Positions 49,696-61,262 of a DNA stretch of 64,000 nt are shown piece by piece. The DNA is from Rubrobacter sp. (GTDB taxonomy: Bacteria; Actinomycetota; Rubrobacteria; Rubrobacterales; Rubrobacteraceae). The position numbers and the translations under genes were made by a program. Location: positions 22,930 to 86,929 of the forward strand of contig DASYWA010000084.1 of assembly GCA_035936475.1 (NCBI GenBank), given 5' to 3'. The first letter of the stretch is position 1, and each line of letters begins with the position of its first letter. The notes under the pieces are model-generated. The model was not told the DNA's origin. It did not search any database and worked only from the letters and a program-made list of their open reading frames with translations.

Positions 49696-50985
49696 GTTGC
49701 GCTCCAGTCCTGTCGTGTACCAATTCTCCGCCAACTATAGTACCCACCACCCGGCCCGTCAGGGTCTTTCCGAGATAAGGCGAGTTCGAAGAGCGGCTGA
49801 TCATGGCCTCCGAATCGACCGTCCACCTCTCGGAGAGGTCCACGAGCGCGAGGTCGGCGGGCTCCCCGACCGCGAGACTCCCCCCCTCCCCGACCCACCG
49901 ACCCGGCGCGCAGGCCATCGCCTCGACGAGCCGGGAGAGGGCGAGCTTGCCGGCGAGGACGAGCTCGGAATACAGCGCCGCGAAGGCCGTCTCGTGGCCG
50001 AGAAAGCCGGGGGCCGCCTCCTCGAGCGGCAGCTCCTTCTCCTCAGAGGCGTGCGGGGCGTGGTCGGTCGCCACGAAGTCGAGCACGCCGGCCCGCAGGG
50101 CCTCGCCCACGCCGTCCCTGTCCGCGTCGGGGCGCAGGGGCGGGTTGACGCGGTAGAGGCCTTCGAGGGTCGAGATCAGGTCGTCAGTAAGCGTCAGGTG
50201 GTGCGGGGTGGTGTCGGCCGTGACGGCGGCCCGGTCCTTGAAGAAGGCGACCAGGGCCGCCGAAAGCGCCGTGGAGACGTGGGTTATGTGGGTCCTGGCG
50301 CCCGTCTCGGCGGCGAGGATCAGGGCCGTAGCCGTGGCAACGTCTTCGGCGCTCGCGGGGGAGCCGGGGATACCGGCCAGGGAGGCGACCACACCTTCGT
50401 GTGCGACGCCCGTGGCCAAAGTGTGGTCCTCGCAGTGCAGGATCAGGGGCAGCCCCGCCGAGCGCGCGTACGTCATCCCGTTGCGCAACACGCCGGCCGA
50501 AGCGGTCCCGAGCCCGTCGTCCGAGACGCAGAAGGCGCCCGCCTCTTTGAGGAGCCGCATCTCCGTGAGCCGCTCCCCTTCGAGGCCGACGTGCAGCGCC
50601 GCCGAGATGCGCGCCCTGACGCGCGACTCCCTCTCTATCCGGCGGGCGAGGCCGCCCACGACCACGGGGCTGTCCACGATGGGGTCCGTGTTCGGCATCA
50701 TGACGACGCCGGTGAAGCCGCCGGCCGCCGCGGATGCGGAGCCGCTCTCGATGGTCTCCTCGTCCTCCCGCCCGGGGGTGCGCCAGTGGGCGTGGACGTC
50801 CACGAAGCCGGGGAACAGGTGCAGGCCGTCGGCGTCGAGGTGGCGCGTCCCGCGCAGGTTCTCGCCGACCTCGGCTATCCTCCCGCCGGAGAGCCGAACG
50901 TCCGCGACGCCGTCGAGCCCGGTTTCGGGGTCGAGTACGTGGGCGCGGCGGACGACGAGATCCGGCGGGTCCGTATGGCCCAGGA

Positions 50986-50989
<4 letters not shown>
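49679..50989 (-). CDS. pyrC: Dihydroorotase
   Basis: D.HAH.RTPG.E..E, MPNT.P, NPPLR, ATDHAPH. Confidence 0.95.
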
Positions 50990-52485
<1,496 letters not shown>

Positions 52486-52724
52486 TCGGTCTTGCTGTAA
52501 CGGAAGCTAACAGAGCGCCCGAGGGCCGTCAAGGGAGGAGCTCCGCCGCGCCCGCCCGAAAGCCGTGCCCGGCCTCCATCGCCCGGGGCCGACACGTAAA
52601 GGAGGCCGGCGAAATGGCCGTTATTGGAGTACCGCGGGTTGCTACGGACGGATGCGCGCAGCGAGCGGGGTCGGTCGCCGCCTACGCCGCCCGGGCCACG
52701 GCGGACCATGCCGCGACGGGCGAC

Positions 52725-53606
52725 TCAGCGGAGGTTGAGGAGAATAGCGGCCTCCTCCAGGCCTTCTGGGATCGGCGCCTCGAACTCCTGCTCCGCGCCG
52801 GTGATCGGATGCCGTAAGGAGAGCTTTTCGGCGTGGAGCCAGAGCCGGCGTCCGGGCACGGGCGTCCCGTAGAGCGGGTCGGCGTAGACGGGGTGTCCGA
52901 TGGCGGAGAGGTGGACCCGGATCTGGTGCGTCCTTCCCGTCTCCAGCCGCACCCGCAGCATCGTGTATCCGTCGACCTCCGCGAGCTTCTCGAAGTGCGT
53001 GACGGCCTCCTTGCCGACCCCGGCCGCCATAAGCGTCGGGTTCTCGGGGTCCCTCCCAACCGGGGAGTCGATGGTTCCGGTCTCCGGCAGCCCCGACCCG
53101 GCAACGACGGCCCTGTAGACCCGGCCGACCTCCCGGCGGGACATCATGCCGACGAGCCGCGTGTAGGCTGGCTCGCCCCTGGCGAGGACCATCAACCCGG
53201 AGGTGTCCCTGTCCAGGCGATGCACGACGCCGGGACGGGAAGGGTCTTCGCCCCCCGATATGCCCATCTCCAGCAACGCGTTCACCAGCGTCCCAGAAGG
53301 GTTGCCCGCACCGGGATGCACGACGAGGCCAGCCGGTTTGTTCACCACGACGAGGTGCTCGTCCTCGAACACCACGGGGACGGGGATCTCCTCCTGCGCC
53401 AACCCCTCGTCCGGCACGCTGGCCTCGACGAGCTCTCCGGCCCGCACCTTGTAGGATGCGCCCTCCCGCCTGCCGGCCACCAGGAGCGCACCGTCGTCCA
53501 GCAGGCGCCGAACGGCGCTGCGGCTCAGGTCCAGCCTCCGGGCGGCGAGCCGATCCAACCTCTCCCCGGCCTCGCCCGGGCCCACCTCGAAGCTCTCAGA
53601 CGGCAC
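52725..53606 (-). CDS. rluD: RluA/RluD-family pseudouridine synthase
   Basis: S4 domain, NKPAGLVVHP, VHRLDRDTSGL, TGRTHQIRVH. Confidence 0.92.
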   Translation of the reverse strand: MPSESFEVGPGEAGERLDRLAARRLDLSRSAVRRLLDDGALLVAGRREGASYKVRAGELVEASVPDEGLAQEEIPVPVVFEDEHLVVVNKPAGLVVHPGAGNPSGTLVNALLEMGISGGEDPSRPGVVHRLDRDTSGLMVLARGEPAYTRLVGMMSRREVGRVYRAVVAGSGLPETGTIDSPVGRDPENPTLMAAGVGKEAVTHFEKLAEVDGYTMLRVRLETGRTHQIRVHLSAIGHPVYADPLYGTPVPGRRLWLHAEKLSLRHPITGAEQEFEAPIPEGLEEAAILLNLR

Positions 53607-53610
53607 GCGG

Positions 53611-53916
53611 CTACCGCGGGCGCGAGCGGCGAACCTCCCGCACCCTCTCCGCGCCGACGCCGTCCACGAACACGGTCTTGTCCCTCCCCGAGAGGCCCCG
53701 CACAACCCGCACCCGCGAAGGAGACGCGCCGGTCTTTTCGGCGAGCAAACGTTCCACCTCGGCGTTGGCCTTGCCCTCGACGGGCGGGGCCGCGACCTTG
53801 AGCTTGAGGGCCGCCTCGCCGTAGAGTCCCCGCAGACCCGTGCTCTTCGCGTTGGGCGAGACGCGCAGCCTGACGAGGGCGCCGTCGCCCCGGGGGACGA
53901 CGGGGTCGCTAGTCAC
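53611..53916 (-). CDS. yggU: DUF167 (YggU) family protein
   Basis: LRVSPNA, AAPPVEGKAN, G..GRDK. Confidence 0.88.
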   Translation of the reverse strand: MTSDPVVPRGDGALVRLRVSPNAKSTGLRGLYGEAALKLKVAAPPVEGKANAEVERLLAEKTGASPSRVRVVRGLSGRDKTVFVDGVGAERVREVRRSRPR

Positions 53917-55018
53917 GCCTGCGGAGGAAGCGGCTGGCGCGGGAGATCCTGCTGTCCTTCTCCTCCTTTTTGTCCTCCCGGTCGAAGAACTCGTGCAAGC
54001 GGCTCTCCTCGGCTAGCGTCGGCTCCTCCCGCTCCACCTCCTCGGCGGCCCCGGGCTCGTCGGTGGTCGCCGACGGGCCGGCCTCGCCGGACGCCGTGGA
54101 GGGCTCGGTCTCGGGCTCCGTGGCCACGGTCTCGTCCGCCCCCGACCCTTCGGTCGACGTGTCATCTGCCGCGGCGGGCGCTGTTTGTGCCTCGTCGTCC
54201 TCGGGGCCGAAGGTCATGCTCTCGCCCGGGCCGATCACCTGGGTCTCCTGGTCTCCCGCCGCCGGCCCGTCCGCGAGCGGTCCCGTCCCTTGCGGCTCCT
54301 CCGTACCCGAAGCGTCCCCCGGCCCGGCCTCCGGGGCCGCGACGGTCTCGATGGGCCGGGTCGCGCCCGGGTCGTCGAGGTCCGCGGCCTCCGCCTCCGT
54401 CGGCCCGAAGGCCGGCTCCTCGGCCTCCGGGTCCCCCGCATCCGTGGCGGGCTCCTGCTGGGCGGCGGCCTCGCGGACGACGGCTATGGACTCCGTGTCA
54501 AGCCGCTCGCGCAGGGCGGCCTCTATCTCCTTGGCGGAGGAGACCTCCATGTTCTCCATCATGTCCATGTAGGTCTTCAGCAGGTGGCGGAAGTCGTTGG
54601 CGAAGCCCCGCTTGGCCTCCTGCAGGGCCTCGTACGATTCCTGCACCCTCTCGATGCGGGCGGCGGAGTCGGCGAGTATCTGGTGGGAGCGGTTCTGGGC
54701 GTCCCTGACGGTGAACTCCGCCTCCCGGCGCGCGCTCTGGCGAACGTCCTCGGCCTCCCGGTTCGCGCTGCGCCTGAGGTCGTTGGCCGCCTGCTCGGCG
54801 TGCACGAGCGCCGCCCGGATGGAGCCCTCCAAATCCTCGAACTGCTGCAGGCGCTCGCGGAGGCTGTTCGTCTCCTCGCGCATCCGCTGGTTCTCGTTGT
54901 AGTTGCGCTCGAACTCGTCGGCCACCGTGTCGAGGAAGTCGTCCACCTGGTTCGCGTCGTAGCCGCGGAAGCCGTTGCGGAACTCCTTGCGGCGGATGTC
55001 TATCGGTCGAATCGGCAT
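53909..55018 (-). CDS. divIVA: DivIVA/Wag31 with long acidic low-complexity C-terminus
   Basis: PIDIRRKEF...FRGY...QVDDFLD + coiled coil. Confidence 0.93.
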   Translation of the reverse strand: MPIRPIDIRRKEFRNGFRGYDANQVDDFLDTVADEFERNYNENQRMREETNSLRERLQQFEDLEGSIRAALVHAEQAANDLRRSANREAEDVRQSARREAEFTVRDAQNRSHQILADSAARIERVQESYEALQEAKRGFANDFRHLLKTYMDMMENMEVSSAKEIEAALRERLDTESIAVVREAAAQQEPATDAGDPEAEEPAFGPTEAEAADLDDPGATRPIETVAAPEAGPGDASGTEEPQGTGPLADGPAAGDQETQVIGPGESMTFGPEDDEAQTAPAAADDTSTEGSGADETVATEPETEPSTASGEAGPSATTDEPGAAEEVEREEPTLAEESRLHEFFDREDKKEEKDSRISRASRFLRRRD

Positions 55019-55024
55019 CTCACA

Positions 55025-55360
55025 TCACCCCACTACTGGTCCAATGAACTGTTCAATGACAATCGTGAGCAACGTCCGGGCTATGGAGAGCCCGAAGATC
55101 GCGATGATCGGGGACAGGTCGATCCCGAATCCCCCGAGCTGGAGCATCGGCACCCGGCTCCTTATGGGCATCAGTATCGGGTTCGCCACGGCCCTCACCG
55201 CGTCGTAGACCGCCTGCATGAACGAGCTCGACGGGTAGCCGGGAAACCAGGAGAAGAGTATGGACGCGATGATGAACCCGAACAGGATCCAGTACGCGTA
55301 GTCCACGAGGGTGACGAGAAGGCTCACGATGTCGTACCCGAACTGTTGGAGCAAGAGCAA
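55025..55360 (-). CDS. yggT: YggT/YlmG membrane protein
   Basis: ILFSWFP, P.L.PIR..P, IDLSPI. Confidence 0.9.
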   Translation of the reverse strand: MLLLQQFGYDIVSLLVTLVDYAYWILFGFIIASILFSWFPGYPSSSFMQAVYDAVRAVANPILMPIRSRVPMLQLGGFGIDLSPIIAIFGLSIARTLLTIVIEQFIGPVVG

Positions 55361-55363
55361 GAG

Positions 55364-56152
55364 CTATCCCCCGAGTCCCCGCGCCTGCTCTGTTGCGGCC
55401 TCGACCCCGTCGTGGACGGCCCCGACGAAACCCGCCTTCTCCATCGCGACGAACGCGGCGGCCGTGGTCCCCCCCGGCGTCATCACCTCGTCGCGTACCT
55501 GGTGGGCGCTCCGGTCCTTGAGGAGCACCGCCGTCCCCCCTATGGTCTCGACGACGAGCCTCCTGGCCACGTCGCGCGGGATGCCCTGGCGTACGCCGGC
55601 CTGTATGAGGGCGTCGGCGAAGAGGGCGACGTAGGCCGGCCCCGAGCCGTGCAGGGCGGTCGCCGCGTCGAAGAGGCGCTCGGGAAGCTCCATCACGTCC
55701 CCGACGTGGCGGAAGATCCCGACCACGTCCCCGAGCATCTCCCTACCCGCCTCGTTGGCCGTCACCACGGCCGAACCTAGCCCGACAGAGGCGCACACGT
55801 TCGGCATAACCCGCAGCACGGCGGCGCCCTGCGGGAGGCGCTCGGAGATGTTGGAGATGGTGACGCCGGCGGCCACGCTCGCGACCGCCTTCCCGCCCTC
55901 GGGGCTCATCGCCGGTGAGATCTCCTCCATCACCGCCCCCACGTCCCAGGGCTTGACGGCCACGAAGACGAGGTCGCTCCGTTCGGCGACCTCCAGGTTC
56001 GATCGCGTGGTGCGGACCCCCGCCTTCTCGTAGACGGCGAGTTGCTCGGCGTGGACGTCGCTGGCCGAGAGGTCGAAGTCGCCGGACTCGGCGAGCCTTA
56101 CTAGGAGGGAGCCCCCGATCTTGCCGACCCCGATGATGCCGACCTTCTGCAA
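55364..56152 (-). CDS. proC: Pyrroline-5-carboxylate reductase
   Basis: IGVGKIG, AVKP, RVMPN, GSGPAY, TPGGTT. Confidence 0.95.
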   Translation of the reverse strand: MQKVGIIGVGKIGGSLLVRLAESGDFDLSASDVHAEQLAVYEKAGVRTTRSNLEVAERSDLVFVAVKPWDVGAVMEEISPAMSPEGGKAVASVAAGVTISNISERLPQGAAVLRVMPNVCASVGLGSAVVTANEAGREMLGDVVGIFRHVGDVMELPERLFDAATALHGSGPAYVALFADALIQAGVRQGIPRDVARRLVVETIGGTAVLLKDRSAHQVRDEVMTPGGTTAAAFVAMEKAGFVGAVHDGVEAATEQARGLGG

Positions 56153-56183
56153 GTCCCCCCTTACGGAAGCCTAGAGGATAACC

Positions 56184-56765
56184 CTAGAGCTGGTTGAAGA
56201 AAGCCCGCTCGGCGATGCGCTTGCGCTCCTCGGCGCTCACCTCGACGTCGCGCGGGGTCAAGAGGAAGACCCGGTTGGCGACGGACTGGATGTTCCCGTC
56301 CATCGCGTACGTGAGGCCGGAGCAGAAGTCCACCATCCGCCTAGACAGGTCTCCGTCCACGTTCTGGAGGTTCAGGATCACCGGCTGCTGGCGCTTGTAG
56401 CGGTCCGCGAGGTTCTGCGCGTCGTTGAAGCTCGCCGGCTCCACGACGCTCACGCGGGTAGGCCGCTGGTCCGGGACGGGGCGCAGGTGCGACGGCTGGT
56501 TCTGGCCGGCGTAGCGGTCGGCGCCGCCGCGCGGCCCCTCGCTGCCGAAGAGGTCGCCTAAAGAGGTGCCGAAGGCCGAGGAGCGCTCCGAGCGACCGAG
56601 GCGGCGGACCGTCGGCCCGGGCTCGCCGCCCGCGCGCGACCCGTTGGCGTAAGCGTCGTTCACGTGGCGGCGGTCCTCTTCCTCTTCGTCGTCGTAGTAG
56701 TCGTCCTCGTCGACACCGAAACCGAACCAGGCTGCGATCCGGTCCAGACGGTCCCTAACTCCCAT
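56184..56765 (-). CDS. sepF: Cell division protein SepF
   Basis: P.SFNDAQ, VILNL, RR.VDF.SG..YA..G, FLLTP..VEVS. Confidence 0.94.
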   Translation of the reverse strand: MGVRDRLDRIAAWFGFGVDEDDYYDDEEEEDRRHVNDAYANGSRAGGEPGPTVRRLGRSERSSAFGTSLGDLFGSEGPRGGADRYAGQNQPSHLRPVPDQRPTRVSVVEPASFNDAQNLADRYKRQQPVILNLQNVDGDLSRRMVDFCSGLTYAMDGNIQSVANRVFLLTPRDVEVSAEERKRIAERAFFNQL

Positions 56766-57483
56766 CGTGCCTCCTTACGGGCCCATCCTCCTCGATTAGC
56801 ATCCGCCCGATCCTGACCACCGTGGCTCCCTCTTCGACCGCCACCTCGTAGTCGCTGCTCATTCCCATCGAAAGCTCGGAGAGATCGAAGTGCGGGCTCC
56901 AGCTTCCGCGTAGCCTATCACGGATGGACCTGAGTTTCGCGAAAACATAGCGCACCTGTTCGGCCTCTTCAACCAGCGGCGCCAGCGTCATGAACCCCCT
57001 CGCCCGAACCCGCCCCTCCGTCGCCGCCGCCGCCTCGAGTAGCTCCTCGACACCCTTCTCCGAGACCCCGTACTTGCTCTCCTCCCCGGACACGTTGACC
57101 TGGAAGAGGACCTCCACCCCACCCTCCGGCGCCCGCCGCCCGAGCTCCTCGACGAGCTTGGCGGAATCGACCGAGTGGATGAGGCTTACCCTGGGCGCCA
57201 CGATCTTCGCCTTCCGCCGCTGCACGTGCCCGATAAAGTGCCACTCGAAGGCGTCCCCGAACCGCTCCTGCTTCTCCACCAGATCCTCGGCCCGGTTCTC
57301 CCCTACGAGGTCCACGCCCACCGCCGAGAGCGCGCCTACCTGCTCTGGCGCGTAGTACTTGCTCGCCACGAGCACCCGCGCCTCCCCGGGTCCGCGCCCG
57401 GACCGCTCCAGCGCCCCGGAGACGTTCTCGCGCACCCGGGCGAGCCTCTCCCGGATGCCGGCCTCGGTCGCCGGCGTCGTCAA
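56755..57483 (-). CDS. yggS: PLP homeostasis protein YggS/YlmE
   Basis: VASKY, GENR.E, WHFIG, QVNVSGE.SK.G, SMGMS.DY..A..EG.T.VRIG. Confidence 0.94.
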   Translation of the reverse strand: MTTPATEAGIRERLARVRENVSGALERSGRGPGEARVLVASKYYAPEQVGALSAVGVDLVGENRAEDLVEKQERFGDAFEWHFIGHVQRRKAKIVAPRVSLIHSVDSAKLVEELGRRAPEGGVEVLFQVNVSGEESKYGVSEKGVEELLEAAAATEGRVRARGFMTLAPLVEEAEQVRYVFAKLRSIRDRLRGSWSPHFDLSELSMGMSSDYEVAVEEGATVVRIGRMLIEEDGPVRRHDGS

Positions 57484-58241
57484 CGCGACACCTTCACGAC
57501 CGCGGCCAGGCTCCGCCCGGTCACCGGCTTCTGCTTGCGGTGCGAGAAGAAGAGGTCGGGCCGGCAGCCCGTGCACAGACCGAGGTCCACGACCTCCACC
57601 CCCGCCCGTTCGAGATCCACCCGTATCGCCTCAGGCAGCGACAGGTGGCGCCCAAAGACCACGTCTTGCCCGAACTCGCTGGCGAAGGCGTCCGCCAGCT
57701 CTTCGGACACCTCGTAGCAACACCTCCGGATGCACGGCCCTATATAGGCCCGCCCTACGTCCCCGCACATCTGCTGGGCGGCCTTGCCGGAGATGCCGGA
57801 GAGGGTGCCCCGCCAGCCGGAGTGGACCATCGCGACCTCGTCCCCCCCGACGAGCGCCACGGGCACGCAATCGGCGACGGCCACGTTGAGGCACAAGTCG
57901 TCCTCGGAGGTGATCAGGGCGTCGGCCTCGCCGGCGAACCCTCCCTCAAAGACGCGGGCGACCCCGTCGCCAGCGACCTGCTTGACCCACGCCGAGGGTT
58001 TGTCGCCCATCGCTTCGTGGATAACGCGGATATTCTCCCCGACGGTCTCGGGGTCGTCGCCGACCTTCACGGAGACGTTCAGCTCGTCGTAGGGCCGCTC
58101 AGACTCGCCGCCGAGGCGGGTAAAAAAGTAGACCCGCGCCCCTTCGGGCTCCGGATCCGGGTAGACGTAGACGGCGCCCCCGGCCGCCGTGTGGATGGAG
58201 GCGGGGGCGCCGTCGTGGAGTTCGGGAAGGCGCGCGCGCAC
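57480..58241 (-). CDS. pgeF: PgeF/YfiH (YlmD) purine nucleoside phosphorylase-like protein
   Basis: ADCVP, HSGWRG, GPCI..CCYEV, CT.C...FFSHR. Confidence 0.92.
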   Translation of the reverse strand: MRARLPELHDGAPASIHTAAGGAVYVYPDPEPEGARVYFFTRLGGESERPYDELNVSVKVGDDPETVGENIRVIHEAMGDKPSAWVKQVAGDGVARVFEGGFAGEADALITSEDDLCLNVAVADCVPVALVGGDEVAMVHSGWRGTLSGISGKAAQQMCGDVGRAYIGPCIRRCCYEVSEELADAFASEFGQDVVFGRHLSLPEAIRVDLERAGVEVVDLGLCTGCRPDLFFSHRKQKPVTGRSLAAVVKVSR

Positions 58242-58258
58242 GCTCCGGGCGGTCGTGG

Positions 58259-59335
58259 CTACCTGCGCCGCAAGAAGGCCGGGATGTCCAGGACGTCGCC
58301 CTCCTGCGACGGAGCGACCGGCTCCTCTTCGCGCTGCTGCTGAGGCGGCTCGGCGACCGAGCGCTCCGAGCGGCGCTGGTTCGCCAGGCGCTGGTCGAAG
58401 CCCGTCGCTATGACCGTGACGCTCACCCGGTCGCCGTAGGCGTCGTCTATAACGGCGCCGAAGATCAGGTTCGCGTCCTGGTGGGCGGCGTTGTGCACGA
58501 TCTCGGCCGCCTCGTTCACCTCGAAGAGGCCGAGCTCGGGCCCGCCGGTGATGTTCAATATGATCCCGGTAGCCCCCTCGATGCTCGCCTCCAGCAGCGG
58601 GCTCGAGATCGCCGTCTTCGCCGCCTCAGAACCCCTGGACTCGCTGGTCGACTCCCCGATGCCCATGAGCGCGGACCCGGAGTTGTGCATGATCGTGCGC
58701 ACGTCCGCGAAGTCGAGGTTGATGAGGCCTGGCACCGTGATGAGGTCCGTGATGCCCTGGACGCCCTTCCTCAGGATGTCGTCCGCCATCTTGAAGGCGT
58801 CCATCATGCTGGTCCGCTTCTCGGCGACCTGCAAGAGGCGGTCGTTCGGGATGATGATCAGGGAATCGACGTTCTCCTTGAGGCGCTTGATGCCTTCTTC
58901 GGCGTAAGTCGAACGCCGCCGACCCTCGAACGCGAACGGGCGCGTAACGACGCCCACGGTGAGCGCACCGGAGTCGCGGGCGATCTTGGCGACCACGGGT
59001 GCAGCCCCCGTCCCGGTCCCGCCGCCCTTGCCGGCGGTGACGAAGACCATGTCCGCGCCGCGCAGGGCCTCCTCGATCTCGGCCTTGTTCTCCTCGGCGG
59101 CCTCCATACCTATCTTCGGGTCGGCGCCGGCCCCGAGGCCGCGCGTGATCTTCTCTCCTATGTGGATCTTCTGGTCCGCGTCGCACATCTGCAAGGCCTG
59201 CGCGTCGGTGTTGACCGCGATGAACTCGACCCCCTGCAACCCCGAGTTGATCATGCGGTTGACGGCGTTGGTCCCGCCCCCGCCAATGCCCACGACCTTG
59301 ATGACCGCCAGATAGTTCGTCGCCGCGTCCAACAT
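58259..59335 (-). CDS. ftsZ: Cell division protein FtsZ
   Basis: [32 protein letters not shown]. Confidence 0.99.
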   Translation of the reverse strand: MLDAATNYLAVIKVVGIGGGGTNAVNRMINSGLQGVEFIAVNTDAQALQMCDADQKIHIGEKITRGLGAGADPKIGMEAAEENKAEIEEALRGADMVFVTAGKGGGTGTGAAPVVAKIARDSGALTVGVVTRPFAFEGRRRSTYAEEGIKRLKENVDSLIIIPNDRLLQVAEKRTSMMDAFKMADDILRKGVQGITDLITVPGLINLDFADVRTIMHNSGSALMGIGESTSESRGSEAAKTAISSPLLEASIEGATGIILNITGGPELGLFEVNEAAEIVHNAAHQDANLIFGAVIDDAYGDRVSVTVIATGFDQRLANQRRSERSVAEPPQQQREEEPVAPSQEGDVLDIPAFLRRR

Positions 59336-59379
59336 CCCTCGTCTACCCTCCATCACGCGCTTTCCGGTGGCTCTTCCGT

Positions 59380-60582
59380 CTACCCTCCCCGGAACCAGCC
59401 CTTGACCGCCGACACTATGCTACCAAAACTGGTAACTCCTGCACCTTTACTCTTCGGTCCAGGGTCACCGTTTCGAGCGGCGAAGTATAGCAGACCTACA
59501 GACGTCGAGTACTGAGGCTTTTGTACAGGTTTAACCTCGCCCTTTACCCGCCGGGGCGCGACCGACTGCACGCGCATGCCGAGGATGTCCTCGGCGAGCT
59601 CGGGCATACCGTCGAGGAGCGAGCCCCCCCCGGTAAGCGCGACGCCGCCGGGAAGGAGGTCGCGCATGCCCGCCGCGTCGAGGGTATCGCGGACGTACTC
59701 GAGGACCTCGCGGGCGCGGTACTCGAGGATCTGGCAGGCGAAGTTCGCGTTGTAGTGCCGGTCGTCGATCTTGACGGCGGCAACGGAGTCGACGGTCGTG
59801 GAGAGCACCGTCCCGTACCGGAGCTTGAGGAGCTCTGCCGTGCGCTCCGGCACCTTGAGCCCGTATGCGACGTCCGAGGTGAAGCTCTCGCCGCCTAGAG
59901 GAATCACCGCCGTGTGGGTCAGGGCTCCGCGAGAGAAGGTGGCGACGTCGGTCGTGCCGCCGCCTATGTCCACCAGCGCGATGCCGCCCTCGCGGTCGGC
60001 GTCGTGCAGGCAGGCCTCCGCGGAGGCGAGCGGTTCCAGAACGACGCGCGAGACGCTCACGCCGCAGTCCTCCACGGCGTGGAGCAGGTTCTGGATGCTG
60101 GAGACCGCCCCGCTGACGACGTGCGCCCGCATGGTCACCTTGCGGGCGGCGAGGCCCAGCGGGTTCTTGACGCCCTCCGATCCGTCGAGGACGTAGCCGC
60201 GGGGGACGACGTGGATCACTCTCCCGTCCTCGTGCAAATCTAGCTGGCGGGCCTCCTGTTCGAGCTTCTTCAGGAAGCGCTCGTTCACGGTAAGGTTGCG
60301 GCTGCGGTTGAGGAGGGTGACCTCGGTGTTGAACGAGGAGATGTGGCTGCCGGCGATGCCCACGCTGACCTTACCGCCGCGGACCCCGCAGGCGTCCATC
60401 GCCTCGGCGACCGACTCCGCCGCGGCCTGACGGTCCACCACGACGCCCCGCTTGAGCCCGTAGCTCGGCGCCTCCCCGATGGAGAGCACCTCCGCCCACC
60501 CGCGCCGCGCGTCAACCCGGCCGGCTACGGCCACGATCTTCGTGGTACCCACGTCTATGCCGTACACGAGGGAAGGCGCCAT
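59380..60582 (-). CDS. ftsA: Cell division protein FtsA
   Basis: [29 protein letters not shown]; C-terminal amphipathic helix ..KGWF. Confidence 0.94.
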   Translation of the reverse strand: MAPSLVYGIDVGTTKIVAVAGRVDARRGWAEVLSIGEAPSYGLKRGVVVDRQAAAESVAEAMDACGVRGGKVSVGIAGSHISSFNTEVTLLNRSRNLTVNERFLKKLEQEARQLDLHEDGRVIHVVPRGYVLDGSEGVKNPLGLAARKVTMRAHVVSGAVSSIQNLLHAVEDCGVSVSRVVLEPLASAEACLHDADREGGIALVDIGGGTTDVATFSRGALTHTAVIPLGGESFTSDVAYGLKVPERTAELLKLRYGTVLSTTVDSVAAVKIDDRHYNANFACQILEYRAREVLEYVRDTLDAAGMRDLLPGGVALTGGGSLLDGMPELAEDILGMRVQSVAPRRVKGEVKPVQKPQYSTSVGLLYFAARNGDPGPKSKGAGVTSFGSIVSAVKGWFRGG

Positions 60583-61257
60583 CTAGAGACTTCCCGTCCC
60601 GTCGCCCACGTCGCCGTCGGCGGTCACCACCACCCGGCCGGGGGAGCGAAGATCGAAGACCGCCGACCCGCGCGAGCGCCCCATCACGTCCCCGAGCGCC
60701 CGGACCTGCGCCTCCGAGACCTCCTCGGCAAAGACCACCCGGCGCCCCTCGACGGTCGCAGCAATTCCCCCCGGACCGGCGTCGTCCACCGACTCCATCA
60801 GCAGGCCGCCCTCTTCCAAGATCCTCCCGACCCTCAAGACGTCTCCTACCTGGTCCTCGTCCAACTCCACCCTCCGGAGGCTCGCCCCCCCGAGCCCCGG
60901 GAGCGACACGCCGTCCAGCGCAAGGGTCCTGCGCTCTCCCTCGACCTCAGCGTCGAGCACCGTCCTGCGCTCCTCAACCTTAACCGTAACTATACCGGAC
61001 TCGGTATCTTCGAGCACCTCCGCACCCTCGACCCAAGGGTTAGACTCTACGTGGTGCTCCAGCTTCTCCTCGTTGAGGGTGAGCAGGCTGGCGTGCTGGG
61101 AGACGGCATCCCAGGCGTCGGATTCGGGGTACACGGTGGCGCCTTCGACCCGGATCCCGGTCACGGGGGAGCTCAGGTAGGCGACGACCACGACGGCGCC
61201 GGTCGTCACGACGGCGACGAGTAGGGAGAAGAGGATGGCGCGCAGGTGGGAGGTCAC
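60583..61257 (-). CDS. ftsQ: FtsQ/DivIB-like protein
   Basis: Single TM, POTRA-like I.V.G, V.VEER; between murC and ftsA. Confidence 0.8.
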   Translation of the reverse strand: MTSHLRAILFSLLVAVVTTGAVVVVAYLSSPVTGIRVEGATVYPESDAWDAVSQHASLLTLNEEKLEHHVESNPWVEGAEVLEDTESGIVTVKVEERRTVLDAEVEGERRTLALDGVSLPGLGGASLRRVELDEDQVGDVLRVGRILEEGGLLMESVDDAGPGGIAATVEGRRVVFAEEVSEAQVRALGDVMGRSRGSAVFDLRSPGRVVVTADGDVGDGTGSL

Positions 61258-61262
61258 GGTCT

